Below, in pieces: positions 61,845 to 64,000 of a DNA stretch of 64,000 bases (positions within the stretch are counted from its first letter, which is position 1; every line of letters starts with the position of its first letter). Origin of the DNA: an uncultured Chloroflexaceae bacterium (GTDB lineage: Bacteria; Chloroflexota; Chloroflexia; Chloroflexales; Chloroflexaceae); contig CAZGLO010000001.1 of the NCBI GenBank assembly GCA_964526735.1, positions 6,214 to 70,213 on the forward strand. The letters run 5' to 3'. The position numbers and the translations under genes were made by a program. Below the pieces are notes generated by a model that did no database searches, had not been told where the DNA came from, and saw only the letters and a program-made list of their open reading frames with translations.

Positions 61845-62957
61845 TTACAGATGCTTGCCATGGTGTTTGCGGCAGCGGGTTCGGGCAAGCATACGCTCCC
61901 AGAATTGAAGTGGTGTGCCGCATGCTTCACAACGGGCCAGCGCCCGCCACATCAGCCGTTGGCGTTCTTGAGCTTCTTGTTCTTGTTGTTGGCGTACGGC
62001 GGCTTCGCGCTGATCTTCCTCCTCACGTGCGCTCCACGCCTCGACCATCTGCTGCCACGTCTCATCGGGAACGTCAAGATTCCACACGGCAATGGTATAA
62101 TCATCGCTGCCGGAAAACAACATCGTGCCATCGTGGCTAAATGCAACTGCATAGATATCGCGCTTATGCCCTTCCAAGCGGCGCACTTCCTTCTTGGCGG
62201 CCACATCCCACAGCCGGATTGTCTTATCGGCGCTTCCCGACGCAATCATCGTCTCATCGGGGGTGTACACCGCACTCCACGAGGGGTAGGTATGGCCAAC
62301 AAAGTTGTCAAGCAACGTCCGGCTCTCGACATTCCATATACCGATAGAACCATCGACATTTGAGACCACAAACACCGCCCCATCGGAACGATAGACTACA
62401 CTATTGACCCCATTCGTGGGGATATCAAGCCGCCCCCGCTCTTCACCAGTCGCCACATCCCACAGCGCAATGGTGCAATCGCGGCTGCCAGAGGCCAGGA
62501 TCGTCCCATCTGGGCTAAAGACCACACTCTTGACATACTCTGGATGACCCTCGATACGGCGAAGTTGCTCGCCGGTCGCCACATCCCACAGCACAATAAA
62601 GCCATCTTCGCTGCCAGAGGCCAGGATCGTCCCGTCCGGGCTGAACACGACGCTGTAGACGAGATTGGTATGGCCGATGTTATTCCACAGCTCGCGGCCA
62701 GAGGCGACTTCCCACAGCCGTACCGACTGGTCAGTGCTGCCGGAAGCAAGCAGCTCGCCGTTAGGGCTGAAAGAGACCGTATACACCCGTTCGGTATGGC
62801 CCGTCAACCGATGTTGTTCGCGGCCAGAAGCGACTTCCCACAGCCGCACGGTTTTGTCCCAACTTCCCGTCGCTAGGAGATGCCCTTGCGGGTGCAGCGC
62901 AATACTATAGATTGTGGCCTCACCAGCAACACGCTGGAGTGCTTGCGTTTTCTTCAC
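61845..62957 (-). CDS. Seven-bladed WD40-repeat protein with C-terminal coiled coil and CxxC-x15-CxxH tail
   Basis: Seven units of the type GH...V.SV.FSPDG..LASGS.D.T..LW(D/E)V. Start re-picked at GTG 62957 (AAGGAG 9 nt upstream); the maximal ORF starts at TTG 62990. Confidence 0.85.
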   Translation of the reverse strand: MKKTQALQRVAGEATIYSIALHPQGHLLATGSWDKTVRLWEVASGREQHRLTGHTERVYTVSFSPNGELLASGSTDQSVRLWEVASGRELWNNIGHTNLVYSVVFSPDGTILASGSEDGFIVLWDVATGEQLRRIEGHPEYVKSVVFSPDGTILASGSRDCTIALWDVATGEERGRLDIPTNGVNSVVYRSDGAVFVVSNVDGSIGIWNVESRTLLDNFVGHTYPSWSAVYTPDETMIASGSADKTIRLWDVAAKKEVRRLEGHKRDIYAVAFSHDGTMLFSGSDDYTIAVWNLDVPDETWQQMVEAWSAREEEDQREAAVRQQQEQEAQERQRLMWRALARCEACGTPLQFWERMLARTRCRKHHGKHL

Positions 62958-63080
62958 CTTGTCATACTCCTTCGCAGCAAATACAAACACTTCAATTGTC
63001 CATCTATTACACGGTCTTACCTCATACCGATCTTACCCATACCGACATATCCCCGCCCCCGTCTTGCGGGGTGGAGGAGC

Positions 63081-64000
63081 TTACGAGTGTCCCGGTTGCT
63101 TGAGCGCTTTGAGCGGTGCCGCCCGTCCCCAAAGCCCCCGACCATTCATCGTCGCCAACACCCGCTCAAACCGGCTAACAGGGAGAGGTAAATCGAACAA
63201 TTTCCCTTGGATACCATCGCAGTCTACCCCCCGCAGCAGCCGTAACTGCTCAATCGTCTCCACCCCTTCGACCAACACACTGATACCAAGGCTATGGGCC
63301 ATCATGGTGATAGCCCGGATGATTGCCAGGTCGTTTGGTGTGATGTGGGGCCGCATATCTTCGTTGTTGCAGACGAACGAACGGTCAATTTTGAGCTTGT
63401 CTATCGGCAATCGCTGAATATGGCTCAACGACGAATACCCCGTCCCGAAGTCATCAATCGCCACGCCTACCCCCAACGCCCGAATACGATCAAGCTGCTT
63501 GGCAAGGTAATCGTAGTTGCGCATGATGATACTCTCCGTCAGCTCGATCTCAAGCCAACGCGGATCAAGGCCACTTGCGGTGAGTGCGTGCGACACCGTT
63601 TCGACAAAATCGGTCTGGGTAAATTGTACCACCGAAACGTTGATGGCAACGCGGAAGGGGTGATAGCCCGCATGTTGCCACACCCGCACTTGGTTACACG
63701 CCTCATACAGCACCCACTCGCCAATCGGGACGATAAGCCCGCTCTCTTCCGCCAATGGAATGAACTCCGACGGGGGGATACGCCCCAAGACACTATTGTC
63801 CCACCGTAGCAATGCCTCCACTCCCACCAGCATGCCGCTCATGTCGGTTTGCGGTTGGTAGTAGAGCGAGAACTCGTTGTGTTGAAGCGCTTGGCGGAGG
63901 TAGGTCTCCATTTCAAGCCGTTTGCGAGCGGTCTCGTTCATTTCTTGGGCAAAACACTGCAAATTATCGCCGCCGGGCATCTTGGCGCGGGTCATCGCGA
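63081..64000 (-). CDS. EAL-domain c-di-GMP phosphodiesterase (5' end outside the window)
   Basis: FSLYYQPQ, EALLRW, IELTES, DDFGTGYSSL, KIDRSF and EGVET are canonical EAL motifs. The reading frame is open to the window edge. Confidence 0.85.
   Translation of the reverse strand, partial: AMTRAKMPGGDNLQCFAQEMNETARKRLEMETYLRQALQHNEFSLYYQPQTDMSGMLVGVEALLRWDNSVLGRIPPSEFIPLAEESGLIVPIGEWVLYEACNQVRVWQHAGYHPFRVAINVSVVQFTQTDFVETVSHALTASGLDPRWLEIELTESIIMRNYDYLAKQLDRIRALGVGVAIDDFGTGYSSLSHIQRLPIDKLKIDRSFVCNNEDMRPHITPNDLAIIRAITMMAHSLGISVLVEGVETIEQLRLLRGVDCDGIQGKLFDLPLPVSRFERVLATMNGRGLWGRAAPLKALKQPGHS

Noticed and set aside
61842-62363. 173-aa plus-strand ORF
   Set aside because: It is antisense to the WD40 gene, whose seven repeats are unambiguous.

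Overview
Gene-dense bacterial chromosomal segment with about 50 protein-coding genes. I see no rRNA, tRNA or CRISPR. All domain calls come from motifs I recognise in the translations, not from searches, and several start codons are re-picked by eye from RBS context. Taxonomic guess (inference only): a Chloroflexota-like organism.

Layout by position:
- 0.1-3.2 kb: two GT2 glycosyltransferases and a TehA/SLAC1-type transporter.
- 3.5-9.6 kb: a GlcF-like Fe-S protein with a HIBADH-family dehydrogenase, MsrB, and several secreted proteins with Thr/Pro-rich linkers.
- 9.6-15.2 kb: a mutA-mutB-meaB methylmalonyl-CoA mutase operon.
- 15.4-19.7 kb: a RumA-type RNA methyltransferase and two receiver-domain signalling proteins (REC-HK and REC-PAS-HD-GYP).
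- 20.6-21.9 kb: a ParA-type ATPase with a C-terminal zinc ribbon, preceded by 11-bp iterons.
- 22-25.3 kb: a secreted propeller-like protein plus a membrane-anchored partner.
- 25.6-42.6 kb: a 17-kb co-directional envelope-glycan locus. It is dominated by large polytopic GT-C/PMT-like membrane proteins, with a GT4, DUF2079, a methyltransferase, YitT and a Wzx-type flippase.
- 42.7-46.2 kb: a CarH-like B12-binding protein directly upstream of a hybrid histidine kinase.
- 46.3-52.3 kb: a VanW protein, two more polytopic proteins and a polyprenol-phosphate mannose synthase.
- 52.4-58.2 kb: a DegS-like kinase, then three tandem Flp-type pilin genes that are below the ORF-track size cutoff (each with its own promoter and terminator). 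After these come a HEAT-repeat protein and an 807-aa acidic protein.
- 58.5-64 kb: an Rpn/YhgA-like nuclease with a 463-bp tandem duplication of its 3' end, a ROK protein, a WD40 protein and a 5'-truncated EAL gene.

The most interesting candidates are the B12-module/kinase pair, the Rpn duplication with an internal SD+ATG, the ParA-zinc-ribbon/iteron locus, and the GT-C-rich glycan locus.
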